From: Catajapyx aquilonaris
Lineage: Eukaryota
Reading direction: 5' to 3'
DNA length: 36,384 nucleotides
Assembly: GCA_000934665.2 (NCBI GenBank)
Contig: KZ539017.1
Location: 1-36,384, forward strand
A program made the translations under genes and the position numbers. The notes under the pieces were generated by a model. It had not been told where the DNA came from, ran no database searches, and saw only the letters and a list, made by a program, of their open reading frames with translations. This document shows positions 35,171-36,384 of this stretch, in pieces (the first letter of the stretch is position 1; every line of letters begins with the position of its first letter).

Positions 35171-36273
35171 CTAGCAGCGGTACCCGTTCTTCGCACGGGG
35201 AAAAAAAGAGCGTGGATAATTACACCGAAATCTCAGATCTCAGGCAATATTAAATGCAAAACTGCTCATTCCCTTACATAATTATGTAGGTACTGGAAGG
35301 ATGTAAAAATTCTGGTTTGTTTGCGTAATAAAGAGCCGCGCAACTATGGCTATGTGGTTATCAGAATACAAAAAGGTGGAACAGATGGAGAGAGAGACGA
35401 AGAGGAAAAAGAAGAGAGGAAAGACTGGCATCTCTCTTAGTCTGTCTCCTATCCCAAAGACCTGTCCAACTTGGGCGGCCCTACCAGTAGACGAAACTAC
35501 CGCCGGCATAGCTCTTCAGGATCATGGGAAAACAAAAGCCCACCACCACGGCAAGGTGGAGATGCATTGAGGGGAGGGGACATAAAAAAATTTGGATAAA
35601 AAAAATTGGGGGAAGTGCAAAATTTGAAACCATTTACAGGCCTGCTTCAATGGTAATCACCAACAAAATTCTGTTGCCACAGGCAAACAAATTTTATTTT
35701 TTTGCCTTACATACGTAGATAGCAGCGGTACCCGTTCTTCGCACGGGGAAAAAAAGAGCTTGGATAATTACACCGAAATCTTCTTAGATCTCAAGCAATA
35801 TTAAATGCAAAACTGCTCATTCCCTTGCATATGTAGGCACTGGAAGGGTGTAAAAATTCTGGTTTGTTTGCGTAATAAAGAGCCACGCAACTATGGCTAT
35901 GTGGTTATCAGAATACAAAAAGGTGGGACATATGGAGAGAGAAACAAAGAGGAAAAAGAAGAGAGGAAATACTGGTATCTCTCCTAGTCTGTCTCCTATC
36001 CCAAAGACCTGTCTGACTTGGGCGGCCCTACCAGTAGACGAAACTACCGCCGACATGGCTCTTCAGGATCATGGGAAAATGCAAGCCCACCACCACGGCA
36101 AGGTGGAGATACATTGGGGGGAGGGGGAATAAATAAATGTGGATTTAAAAAAATCGGAGGAAGTGCAAAATTTGAAACCATTTATAGGCCTGTTTCTATG
36201 GTAATCATAATCACCAGCAAAATTCTGTTGCCACAGGCAAACATTTTTTTTTGCCTTACATACGGTACGTAGA
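35171..36273 (-). mobile_element. Head-to-tail tandem pair of ~550-bp non-autonomous Helitrons
   Basis: Units 35171-35719 and 35720-36273 are diverged direct repeats. On the minus strand they run A|TC...hairpin CCCGTGCGAAGAACGGG...CTAG|T. Confidence 0.85.
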
Positions 36274-36384
36274 TTACACAGCGCAACAAAAAAAAACTTT
36301 CGGCGTGTTATTCGGAAATCACTATGTAGATCATGTTAGTAGGACCCAAAGTAGCTGGGAAACGCCCGGGATTTCTCTCCCAAA

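Noticed and set aside
36276..36300. CACAGCG followed by an A-run, resembling a Transib TIR or V(D)J RSS
   Set aside because: Spacing does not fit an RSS and no partner end is in the window; probably the start of another TE.

Overview
Eukaryotic, probably arthropod, genomic DNA: AT-rich, with spliceosomal introns, insect-type SINEs, Helitrons and MITEs, and short N gaps. It contains (1) the 3' half of a TRPC-family cation channel gene (+ strand, 559-9956), most similar from recall to the C. elegans TRP-1-like lineage; (2) an almost intronless F-box/LRR gene (+, 20034-21154); (3) an acid-lipase (lipase-3-like) gene with an intact catalytic triad (-, at least 24941-26681) and a probable GC-AG intron; (4) a decayed ISL2EU-type PIF/Harbinger-superfamily transposon (THAP-DDE transposase plus a convergent YqaJ exonuclease ORF, from ~31061), interrupted by a mariner foldback and a tandem Helitron; and (5) many MITEs, TE remnants and long, tight-loop palindromes. 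The main result is that the TRPC pore-helix/filter/S6 exon is present twice in tandem (559-754 and 2817-3012). Both copies are 196 nt, share splice phases, are intact, and are only 31/65 identical in amino acids. This is the signature of mutually exclusive exons that would swap the channel's whole pore and gate. All coordinates and homologies were read by eye; no searches were run.
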